Shown here: positions 12,301-23,431 of the stretch, in pieces
Numbering within the stretch: position 1 is the stretch's first letter
Layout: each line of letters starts with the position of its first letter
Assembly (NCBI RefSeq): GCF_964355755.1
Contig: NC_092672.1
Span: 30,200,437-30,264,436, forward strand
Direction: 5' to 3'
DNA: 64,000 nucleotides
DNA from: Antedon mediterranea
Lineage: Eukaryota > Animalia > Echinodermata
Notes under the pieces: generated by a model
Database searches by the model: none
Told to the model about the DNA's origin: nothing
What the model saw: only the letters and a program-made list of their open reading frames with translations
Position numbers and translations under genes: made by a program

Positions 12301-12869
12301 ATATAAAATCGTATAACTTTGAAAATATTGTACATATGAAATTATTTTTAGTGTCAAAAATTAGACTGGATATAAATGTGTAGTGCCGGTTGTGGTATGT
12401 AGGGCTACTTTATTGGCGTTTTATTTGGCAGGTCATACGTGCGAGTTGAGTGGGACCTACGAAAGAGGCCTAGGCCAAGGACTAAACAATAAATAAACAA
12501 AACAACTTGGCATCACGATTTTATATTTCAACAGTCTCGATCGTACATTCAGCACAGTACGTACGTCTCGATCTTTTTCATTTTGAAACAAAATGATCAT
12601 TGGTTGATTCGAAATCCATATTTACATACCGCCCGCCCCATATAGCCAAATACGGTATGATAACCTACGTCATTCTTATCGGATGTTTGCGGTCTGCAAA
12701 TCGATTTCTATAAGTGTTTCACTGTATTTTCAGACAAAAATCGCGGTCGAAATAAAAAAAAAAAAAAAAAAAAAAGAAGATAATACAGACTTGGGGCAAG
12801 TCTAGATGTCGACATAACACGAGCGAGGTCAACTTGTCATAGTTATGTCCGTCCTGGCGTGCCATACAT

Positions 12870-13103
12870 ACGGGAAGTAAAGAAACATGTAGGCTGCCTG
12901 GCTGCCTGGTTTAATAAGGCATCGTCGTATGTGACATGTCCGCCTACGGTTGAAAGTGTCTTGCCACTGTACGCATCATGTACTTTATCCACTGCTTGTC
13001 GAAGAGAATTCTTTTCTGACCATAACTGTGGATTTTCTATTAAAGTTGTAAATACAGCATGTTCTGAAATCCCATGAATAGACTGATGTAAATAGAGCTC
13101 CAT
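12870..13103 (-). pseudogene. Truncated, frameshifted duplicate of the methyltransferase-like gene at 18694-19683
   Basis: SIHGISEHAVFTTLIENPQLWSEKNSLRQAVDKVHDAYSGKTLSTVGGH matches SIHAISEQVVYTILIENAQLWSKKKSLRQAVDRVHNAYSGKSLSTVGGH. An 8-bp duplication (GGCTGCCT x2) shifts the frame, and homology stops just after YMFLYFP. Confidence 0.85.
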
Positions 13104-14713
13104 CGTGTTATTGAGCGAGCTACTGTAGAGTAAGGTTAGGCTGGAAGTATGGATTTTTTACGAGGCGTATGGTAATGTGATAAGTGGAAGGCTGAAGCAA
13201 AGAATATACAGTATATCACAAGAATGAGTAATCCGCGATTCTCCTTGTAACAGTAATATTGTCCATGTGGTAGGGCGCCGCCATAAGTGAGGATGTATCT
13301 GGGATGTATACAACTTTTTTTGACGGTTTCACTAATCAAAGGCTGGACCACCGGTAGTATTTTCATGATAAAAAATGTTATCAACTACATGCCAACATCA
13401 TGTTAAATGCTATTTGGATATTTAATTGTTTGTTTTATGCAATTTATTTAGTAAAAACTGCCGTATAAACAGTTCGCTTTATCAACCGGGCGCTACGATA
13501 GCGTGACCGGGCGTGTTGGTGTTCACGCGTTTTCACGAAGGATAGTTTAATAATATTCCTTTATATTAACGTGTTTCTGGTAACACAAATGAATGTTAAT
13601 GACATTTAACATTTTATCCTATTAATAACATGTATTTTATACTAATTTATATCATAAAAACAATACTTAATTTACCGGGCGTAGAGTAGTACGCGGCAAT
13701 GGTAAAGAATAGGCCGTGCTGAGTAACGATTCGTTGATTTTGGTGTTGCTGTGTTAGGCCTTTTTTGTGAACTAATTTAGCATGTTAGTAAATAATTGTC
13801 TGTAAAAGTGAATACACACTAGTTTGTTAATAAATGTGTATTATAAAATAGTTTACAATTGCAAAATATATTATCATAATTCTATTTAATGTGACATGTA
13901 TAATCTATTAAATCAAGTCTTATTTAGTATGTATACATCCGCCCTTATGAGGGCGGGCATCACTCTCTTGAGCTCTCTGTTACAAATTTCTCATGCAAAA
14001 ATCGCGGAATACTCATTCTTGTGATATATATTCTTTGGTGGAAGTGTTTATATCAATGACGTCACAGTCGGATTACAACTACTGTACATGGATTCTGGGT
14101 TTTCCCAATTTCGCAGTAAACTAACGATGACGTAATAGTTGCAGTTGTCTATCCTTATGTCCACTTGATTAGTGGATACAAACTCAATTTCCAGCAGTTT
14201 ATTAGTGAATGAAGAAATAACTGCGATTATACATTTAGGTTTATTAGGCCTCAATCACAATAATGTTTTATGAATGTTTTAATCATAAAGCCTGTTTTCC
14301 ATCATTAGCAAAATTCGCGCGAATTATGATTGGTTGCGCCTTTTTTAAAAGTAGATGAAAATAATAATTTAATAAGTGGAAATGGATAATTTATAATAAC
14401 AATTTTTCTTTTCAGATTTTGGTTGTTATATGCCATTTTGATAATAGTTACTCAATTTGACCAAAAAATTGGATCGAACAAAAATATTATTTACTTGAAA
14501 AAAACGGCAATTGAAGGCAAAAAAGCCAGCCAGGTTTTTGGTTGACTTTAACCGTTTTGTTTTGTCTTTTTATAAGTGAAAACATTTTTTTCTACGGAAG
14601 TGGTAAACTTGATTAAAACTACAAAATGGCCTTTTCAGAGTCTTTTTTTATTATTAATCTTAATTTTTTCATGTTTTTGGGGGACAATACATCTTTTTAA
14701 AACTTGATTCCAC

Positions 14714-16350
14714 ATAATATTGAAATGTTAGATCCTCAAAATGTACAGGAAATTAAATCTCAAACCTTGTGGGAAAATAAACATATACTGTCAGACGGAA
14801 AGTCTTTATACTTCAAAGATTGGTTGAAGTCGGGCTATAAAACAATTGGTGACATTTTGGTCAATAACACAATTGTAAGTCTTAGAGATTTAATTCCCAC
14901 GTTATTAGTAAAGCATAATGGGATAATAGAATACTTCAAGCTCATGAATGCTATTCCTATTGAATGGAAGGAAGTATTGACACGACATAGATTAGAGAAA
15001 GAACAAGTTAATGTTGATATTAAAAATGAATTATTCAAATCAAATGATAAAACAGGTTTTTATGATAAGTTTATATTTGAACTAAAGACAGTGCCAATCT
15101 CCCAAGTAAAATGGGAAGCAGAGTTTTTAAATAAGACTATGGTATGGAACAAAATATGGAATAATAAAGTCAAAGATATGAAACATATGGTAAAAGTTGC
15201 GCAATTCAATTTTAAACTTTTACATCGCATACTTTTACGTTTGTAATAAAAGATTACATATTTGGAAATTGTCTAAAACTAATATTTGCGATAGATGTAA
15301 GAATGTGATAGAAAACGAAGAACATATGTTACTTAAGTGTAAAGTGATTAAGCCAGTTTGGAGGAAATTCAATAATCTTATTGTTGAATGTTTTCCTAAT
15401 GAAACGCCAATACATTGGTTTGATATAGTTACTGGTTCCAAAGATAAACTTGTAAATGAGCTAACATCTATCTTTACGTTTTGTATATATACAAATCCCG
15501 CATAAGGCTTAGTTTATTAGATAACATGATGGGTAACGAATCAAAAAGTATCTTGAATATGTTTAAGTTTGAATTAAAAAATCTTATAGAAAATGAATAC
15601 GCATGTAATCAGTATAAAGCAGTTATAAAATGGAATGATGTTAAAATTAAATTATTAGAATTCATAAAATATGAAAAATATAAAACTAGTACAAGCTGTA
15701 GTGTCAAACTAACAAACACCTAGACTTATACTAAAACTAATACATGATAGAAATAAATGCGGTATTAGGGTAAAACATAGACTGAAACACACGGTCAAAC
15801 ATATAAGTAAACAAACTGGTAAATGTAAAGGGCCAACATAGTAAGAAAAGAACTTTAAAGGAATAGAAATAGTGGAATGAAACAAATGTTATACAAGGCC
15901 AAAACATAAAAAGTAGCATATAATGTGTTTATAATAACTATATTAAACTGATTCGTAAATGTAAATAGGTACATTAATGTGTGTATGTGTGTATATATTT
16001 GTAATGGATGTAATATACGGTCAAAAGAAATAAAGAAACAAATTGTGAGTACTGATTTAAGATATAATAAAAGAAACAGCTACTTTTTAATACATTTCTT
16101 AATATAAAGTAAATTTAAATGATAAATAGTCGTACTTTTACTATAACTTGCAATAAACATAAAATGTGCGTTTTTAAAGCATAATTTTACTCCATCGATT
16201 TTATGTACATGTATAGATATAGTGCCTTTTTAGCTGTTATATTGAATTTTATTGTTCTTTATTTTTATAAAAATGTATGTATGTTATATAATATATATTT
16301 GTAAAAGGAATGAATAAATGTGGGTGACCCCCACGAAAGAGAAAAAAAAA
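14714..16350 (+). mobile_element. 5'-truncated L1/Tx1-type LINE: ORF2 C-terminus (zf-RVT), 3' UTR and poly(A), with TSD
   Basis: LWENKHI..GKSLYFKDWLKSG, WNKIW..AQFNFKLLHRIL and C-x2-C..EEHMLLKC..VWRKF across frameshifts. AATAAA plus an A-run at ~16342-16351. Flanking AAAACTTGAT(T/C)CCAC at 14699-14713 and 16348-16362. Confidence 0.85.
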
Positions 16351-17119
16351 ACTTGATCCCACTAATGACGACGTGATGATTAAATTATTTGCTTTGCGTG
16401 TACGTACTTGCGCTGCGCGTTACGTATGTGCGTTGCATTTACGTACTTACGCTGCGTCCTCTAGTGGTAACCAATAACTTAGATCTACTTGCGTCGATAA
16501 CTATTATAAATATTACGACATTAAAATGGCATATTCAACAAAAAATGTTTTAAGAATTCTTTTCTAGGGGGACAATATACATCTTTAAGTGCTTAAATTA
16601 ATGAGTGAAATAAAGGGGAAAACTGGCCTAATTACTCTTATAGACTGCCTCCTCTTCTCTTAGATTTCGAGTTGTATGTTTGTTTGAAAATGTATATTGT
16701 GACGTCACAACAGTTAAAAAATATCGAGTTATCTACGGTATACCTTCAAATTTAAGTATAAATAATAATTACACAAACATTTATTCATTCACTCATTTAT
16801 TTGATCAGAAAAAAAGGTTCATGAATAAAACAGTATTAAAAAACAACACATAAAACAAAACAAAATATTTAAAAATATTTAAAACCGTATAAAACAATTT
16901 TTTTCATAAATATTTTGCACATAAGTACTGTGTGTAAAATTACGACATTAATATATTTAATTCAAAAGTTGCAGACTAATTATTGTACTCTATATTTTAG
17001 GCCTACCTATAGGCCTATAAATGATTTCTCGTCATTTAATATGCTGACACATGCTTAATTATACATGATTAATTAATTAACTGTATTCTTTCACAGAAAC
17101 ATAATATAAAGTATCATAA

Positions 17120-17279
17120 AGCTCTGTCTACACTATCAAACTAGTTTGAAAAAGTGTGATGTGCCCAAATGGTAGTGATATACCCAAACATGGTAGTGAT
17201 ATGACATCATCATGTCCATGGGCACATTACATATTTTGTTGTCACACATGAAGTTAAGTTTGATAGGGTAGACAGAGCT
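17120..17279. mobile_element. Harbinger/Tourist-like MITE (TIR AGCTCTGTCTACACTATCAAA), representative of ~14 copies
   Basis: TAA|AGCTCTGTCTACACTATCAAAC ... GTTTGATAGGGTAGACAGAGCT|TAA. Further copies at ~26555, 31601, 31844, 33136, 33436, 38055, 44120, 46196, 47928, 54085, 55337, 59090 and 60955. Confidence 0.85.
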
Positions 17280-17764
17280 TAAGCCAGGTATATCATGCGT
17301 GATGATACAAGCCTACTCTAAAATAATACTAATTGTTTTTCGTTGCCTATACCATTATTGGATTGGCGTAACCATCAAGAAAGACAAGGCATGCAATATC
17401 ATAACATGTATATCGTATTCTATGTTGGTCTCAACTGCCCATTGCCCATAAAATATTTCTATAATGTTTTATTGCCAACATCATATTTTTTTATTGGTCA
17501 AATAACCATGTATTGGCCAGTAAATGTTTGATATAAAAATATATATTCTCACAGATGTTCTCATCGTTAGGCTTATCGTTTCAAATTAATTATTAAATGT
17601 TCAGTATATCACCGGACGGTTTAGAATTTATGTTCTGTGCCTATGTGTTTATATACCTTCGTATAAATGGTATCAAAAGAATCAAACAGAGGCGGCTAAA
17701 CTCACATCTATTCTAAGGCCTCAACGGTATAGGCCTACTGATAAAAAGGTTATATATTTAAGTA

Positions 17765-17913
17765 CAGAAGAACCTTGTTAAGTGGGACATCTTCGGGACC
17801 CAGAGTAAAGTGTACAATTTAAGAGCCCGCCGAGTGGTTGACCATGCAATATCCCCTCCCTCGTTTCTTCACGGGAACGTGTAAGGGTTGTCCCAAAAAG
17901 AAAGGTTCTACTG
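17765..17913. mobile_element. Tc1/mariner(pogo)-type MITE
   Basis: TA|CAGAAGAACCT ... AGGTTCTACTG|TA. Fragments of the same end occur at ~33300-33340 and ~33570-33610. Confidence 0.6.
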
Positions 17914-18693
17914 TAAATGATTAGGGCTATCCGAATATATTAAAATATAATATCATATATTATACATAATTTCCCCCCTCGTTTCACGGGAAATTTTCCC
18001 ATTAATAGGGCTCTCCCAAATATCCGAATAACTAAAAATACAATTTCATATTTACAAATGAACGAATAAAATGAAAATGGGATTTTTTTTATGATTCAGA
18101 AGTTGTAATTTCCAATGACCTACCCATTTATCATGACACTTGAAGCTATGGATATCAAAGTAATTCTCTGGGAATTTACTTGAGGTTTCCAAGATATATA
18201 TCCCTTGATATGATATTATCTGTTTTCAAACGAGAAACATCACCAATACTGTTTTGTTTTAAAATGTAGGCTCACAGCCAATTTTCTGGTGGTTTATTGG
18301 GTATACAGTAGGCCTACTTCGAGTCGTAGTTAGAACTGTCAATTTCGAAAACAGTTCATTTCTGAATGATAAGATCAAGCCTATTTCTGTTTTCTTAGTT
18401 TTCAAGAATTTTAACAAAAACTTATAACTTGTTAGCCAGCATGGACAAATGGTTTAGGCCTATATACTGTAATAATTATAACAATTAATTTTAAAAAGTT
18501 TTAACAAAATCCGGATTCATGGTGGCTCCGATCCTTTCACTTTCAGCTCCAGTAGGCCTATCGTAGGCCTACACACAATGGCGTTTCATAATCTGTGTTT
18601 CGATGGTCGTTTCCGTTGGGAAGATTTGTATATTTTGGTGAAAAAAAAAATTTAAATAGACAAATACTTGCATTTGAGAACCACAACGTAATT

Positions 18694-19683
18694 TTAAGCT
18701 AATAAAGCAGCATTGTTTGAGCTTTTTTTCTTTCCTTTCTCCCGGCGGCCCCTCCGCCGCCGTCGGGCAACTGGCGCCGCCACTGTTGTCTCCACTCTCT
18801 TTTTCATCAGCATACAATTTATTTTAATGACTTTCTGTGATCTGGACTGGAAGAGGTTTTTCAGAATAGAATGAATCAGTTGATCTTGCACAGTAAAATT
18901 ATGCGAGAAAGAAACAGCATCGGTAAACTCGCTCACAGAATAATAACCAGCTTCACCAGCAACCGCTTTGAAGAATGCGATAGTTTGTCCGCCGTCACGG
19001 TTGTCTGCGTAAAATAAGTACGTACCAGGCATAGCCCACGTTAATAAAGTTTTGATTGCCATTCGACTCTCCGGTAACGCGCGGACCGCAGATATGAATT
19101 TAATAAACGTAAAAATATGTGCATTAACAACAGCTGAAATATGTTTCCTTTCTATGTCGTCTTTCACTTCATATTTCACGAAGTTTACAGCGCACTTGGC
19201 ATAAATGTGCTGTTTGATTTTCCCCCACATACCACTCCACTGTGGATAGTGATCGAGAACCGAAGCACTAATTGGATAACGAACGTTGAACCTCTCCAAC
19301 ATCATGGTCAAACCAATAATGTCTGTTCCAGGACCTCCGCCTATTGAGCACACATTAAGTGCACCAGTTTTATTTGCTAGGCTCAATAATGAGTCAAGAT
19401 GCACATTTCCAAAAAGGCTGTGGTTGAACAACACGCTAAGCCCGTAGTTTGTAGCTTGGCAATGATTCGGAAAGTAGAGATACATGTAGGCTGCCTGGTT
19501 TAAAACATCATCGTATGCGAGATGTCCGCCTACGGTTGAAAGTGATTTTCCACTGTACGCATTGTGTACTCTATCCACTGCTTGTCGAAGAGATTTCTTT
19601 TTTGACCATAACTGTGCGTTTTCTATTAAGATAGTATAGACAACTTGTTCTGAAATCGCATGAATAGATAAATGGATCCCCAT
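18694..19683 (-). CDS. Intronless putative class I SAM-dependent methyltransferase (329 aa from MGIHLS) with an Arg/Lys-rich C-terminal tail
   Basis: Uninterrupted ORF. Motif I LNVCSIGGGPGTD is preceded by AAYMYLYFP, followed by acidic motif II (SVLD) and the later element LTWAMPGTYLFYADN. The tail reads RRRRRGRREKGKKK. The start codon is supported by the aligned ATG in the duplicate at 13103. Confidence 0.75.
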   Translation of the reverse strand: MGIHLSIHAISEQVVYTILIENAQLWSKKKSLRQAVDRVHNAYSGKSLSTVGGHLAYDDVLNQAAYMYLYFPNHCQATNYGLSVLFNHSLFGNVHLDSLLSLANKTGALNVCSIGGGPGTDIIGLTMMLERFNVRYPISASVLDHYPQWSGMWGKIKQHIYAKCAVNFVKYEVKDDIERKHISAVVNAHIFTFIKFISAVRALPESRMAIKTLLTWAMPGTYLFYADNRDGGQTIAFFKAVAGEAGYYSVSEFTDAVSFSHNFTVQDQLIHSILKNLFQSRSQKVIKINCMLMKKRVETTVAAPVARRRRRGRREKGKKKSSNNAALLA

Positions 19684-19870
19684 CGTGTTTTTGTTAAGAG
19701 AGCTGCTGCAGCCGACATTGACAGCGGAGTGTCGGATGCACACGGGACATAGAGAATTGTAAATGTAATTACAACATAGTGGACTTGGGTTTTTCCCAAT
19801 TTCGCAATAACAAACAATGACGTATTGAGTTGCAGCAATGGTATAATGTCATATCCTTTATGATTTGGTA

Positions 19871-20068
19871 AAGCTTGGTTCCCACTTGGGCACAAAGGAC
19901 GTAAACGCAACACAAGTAATTGACCAATAACGACGCGATGGACCATCCGAACTGTTGCTTTGATTATCGTAACACGTAGGCTAAGTGAGTTGACCAATCA
20001 CAACCGACAATTTGGATCGTATCGTGATTGGTCAACAAGCTTGCGTTGTGTTCAGGTGGGAACCAAGT
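19871..20068. mobile_element. MITE with AGCTTGGTTCCCAC TIRs, upstream of the methyltransferase gene
   Basis: AAGCTTGGTTCCCAC...GTGGGAACCAAG with internal TTGACCAATCACAA motifs. Relatives at 16351-16475, ~38712-38790 and 42154-42580. Confidence 0.7.
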
Positions 20069-21393
20069 TTTGCGATGTGGTGTGCTTCTTATTATTAAGG
20101 CATTCTCATAAAGGCAATCTAACAACAGGTTGAAAAAACAATGAAGTAGGCCATGGATTAAAGAATAGAAGGATATGCATCGACGGTGACATCAAACGAT
20201 TTTACAACGCGCTTGCCTACTAAAGCACTGCTGCCAATCAAACAAACACGCTCATTGAACTCCGTGTCTCTAACCGCGGCCCTCTGTAAAACGCTGCGAA
20301 TCAAATGTTACATTTTTTTAGACCAAAACGTAACCCATATAGAAATCGTATGCGCAGTCTGAATGTTCTATTGACATGTCTGCGTCGATGATTAATTGAC
20401 AACAAAAATATATTGCTGAATAATTCTGTTTTAGTTTCATCACAATCGGACTACGAAAAGTTCACTTTCTTACGACTGGTAATTTTAAGTAGTTGGTAAT
20501 ATTAATAAAATATGCAATTTTTATATTTGAATTATCATTATTTGCCTGCCATCTTCTGTCATTAAAAATTGCGTTAATCTATAGAATATTAAATTATGCA
20601 TTTACCATGTATGTTGTTAGCGTGGCCGGTGTTCACCCATACAACAATCGTGTTTTTAATATATGGCTAAGCAGTGGTTTCTTCATAAATATCCTTAATT
20701 ATCGATGTGATTATATTTAAATTGTAGTGCCTGGTGATTGGCTAGTGGTTATGTCATCCACATCACATCCAATCACCGGGTCTAATTGAATGAAAACAGC
20801 GATCCCTGATCCGGGATTGGCTGGCTATGTATAGTTGCGATTCGTTACCTAGCGGTCGTTTTGAAAAGTACACGCAGGGCAAACTTAATCACGAACAAAC
20901 GAAGTACTGTACTTATTATTATTCACACAAGAAGTAAGACAACGGTGAGAGGCCTATATAGATTATGATTTCACGTTGTATCTACTACACTTAAGATTAG
21001 CCTAGGCCTACCTAGGCAGTATCAATGTCGGCAAATCATATGGTTTACTAGTAAGCCTAGAAGGCCTAGGCCTAGTATCCTTGCTGATTTTGTAATTTTA
21101 CATGTATGTAGGCTGAGACAACAAATAACTAGTTATTGTCTCAGATGTAGGGCTACTGCAGGTCATAAAATGCTACTTTAATTTAGATCAATCGCGGCAG
21201 AAACCTATAAACTATACTAATTACAATTATAGCATCTACAATTCTAAGCCAATAACAATATAGTATTGTTTTTATCTGGTATATTGATGAAGTAGGCCTA
21301 CACTATAGGGTCTTCACAATAACATACAATGTAATTTAATAACTAGTGGCGTGAGGCAGAGGCCTGAAGCAACTTGTTTAGGAAACCTAAGTG

Positions 21394-22994
21394 CAGTGGC
21401 GTAACAGGCGGGGGGGCAGGGGGCGGAATACCCCCCTGGCGGATTTTACCGGGTTGAGAAGCGTTCGATCGGGCTGGGTAACAAGTCAAAAAAAATTAAA
21501 TAAAATACAAAGAAGAGATAGAAGAAAGAAAAAGAAAGAAAATATAAGATAAGAATAAAATATACGATATATGATATGGCTTCAAATGAGTCAAATGAGT
21601 CACAGTACAGTATGATATTCAAGTACACAAAATCCTGACTGACAAACTCGTGGGAAGACGCACTGCTTATCAGTACATTAACATGCGGTCAGTTGACTGT
21701 GGTTTTTGGCGTCTTTTATCTAAGCCGCCATCGCGGGCATCTCACACACAATTGTGACGCTGTGCTATGCGTGTGAGGCCACCTTAAAAAAATACACTCC
21801 TACTAATCGTATGTAACGCTCTAGCGATCAGCAAAACGAACGTACTTTCGTGGCTGGCTGTCGCTCCAATACTCAATCTTTCACAGGCCCGTAACCAGGG
21901 GGATCGGGGGGATCGTACCCCAGCTGAACAGCGAGTTCCGCTTGTCCTCCCACTTTTTTTTGCTGGGCATACTAACACAACACTACGATTGTTTACTACA
22001 GGCCTAGTCAAGCCTTAATAAATTTAATTAATATAAATCGACATAAGAATATAAAGTATATTTTAACTAAAATATAAAAACCTAACACTAAATTTACAAG
22101 ATAAATTCTATTTGATAACTGCTGAACATCGTGGTTCTGGAGCTAGCCGTACACAGAGCATAGTTGTTTGCTTGACATAAAAGGGTATTCCCCTACACAG
22201 GTATCTGCGTGCGTGTGACGTGCCCAGCCAGATGCAATGGTTGAGTGAATTCAGGGATCATCTTAATTCCATGGTTTGTTACCAAAACACCACATGATGG
22301 TGAATATGCCTGTTAAAGTCTCAATGATACGATCCCTTAATGTACCATGTTGTTGCTAGGAGGCTTAAAGGGAGCAGAGATCTAGCCTAGTTTCGGTCGG
22401 CAAGAGAATGCCGTCCTCTGACAATTTAAGGTCGGCAATAAGGTCGGCAATTGAAATTCGTGGGCTGGAAATTACACCAAATTATATAGTTCATAAACAA
22501 AAGAGATTAGCCGGAAATGCGATTTGCGGCCATACATAGGCCTATAGAGAAAAAAAAAATTCGAGGGTATGGTTCCACTAAACAACTTAACGATCCACCC
22601 CGCCGTCAAACCTGGTTACGGCCCTGTTTCAGTCTTCTAACCGGAAAAATTACTACCTTTGCCAGGTGCGGATCCAATGTTAGATTGGGTTTTCACATGT
22701 TCAAATGTTATGTCACCTGTGTTTTTAACGGTGGAAAATGTACGATCATTTTGCTGATTGCTGTGCAATAAATGAGAGTGTTATTTCCAGGCCAACTACT
22801 ACTAGTTGGCGAGGCGCCATTTATCATGAATTTTATGTGCAAGAGTACCATTTCCGACGATCTAGGGGTGTCATTTACCAAAATTCGCTTCGCCACAGCC
22901 CCCACCATGGGGGGGCTGTGGCTCAAATACTTGGTGTCTGGAAGGATCAGCCCCTCTTTGCCCCCCCTGACAAGACCCCCTTGTTACGCGGCTG
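21394..22994. mobile_element. Non-autonomous hAT-like element (8-bp TSD CCTAAGTG), nested in another TIR element and containing a third
   Basis: CCTAAGTG|CAGTGGCGTAACAGG...TTGTTACGCGGCTG|CCTAAGTG. Inner element 21884-22626 (CAGGCCCGTAACCAGG...CCTGGTTACGGCCCTG). Outer element 21344-23139. Confidence 0.8.
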
Positions 22995-23413
22995 CCTAAG
23001 TGGCCCTCCAAGTTTCAAAGATCGAGGCCTCGGACGTTTTTAGCATTTTCGACATATTTTATGCCTGTTCCTCTGGGCACTGCTCATGGGCCCCAAGCTT
23101 CGGTTTAGCCAGTGAGCGCACATAGCCGTTACGCCACTGATTATACTGTTCAAATATGTATGAATACATACAGTGCAACAAAGAACGCGAAAGAAAGAAG
23201 CGTAGTCAACAAGGTGTGTCGTTGCACATGTGCAGTAAACAATATAATTAGGCACGCGGCCGTTTCGTTGTTACCATGCGGTTAATTAAACTGTAACATT
23301 GTGGGCGGTCCGCGGTCTGTCGGCGAGAGTCAAGGAACCCTTGATCTCACGTCGATGCATATCTTTTCTTTAATCCATGAGTAGGCTTAGCAGGAAGCGA
23401 CCATAACCTACCT

Positions 23414-23431
23414 ACCGCCCTCTTGTGGCAG
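23414..23431 (-). promoter_or_regulatory. CTCF-like binding motif
   Basis: The minus strand reads CTGCCACAAGAGGGCGGT, close to the consensus CCASYAGRKGGCR. Motif match only. Confidence 0.4.

Noticed and set aside
19684-19743. Upstream non-ATG start extending the methyltransferase to 349 aa
   Set aside because: It is a bacterial-style alternative start from the ORF caller. The duplicate gene's ATG aligns with 19683.
22517-23043. Overlapping 72-101 aa ORFs as a possible transposase
   Set aside because: No DDE, BED or hAT dimerisation motifs; these are GC-rich TE interior sequences.
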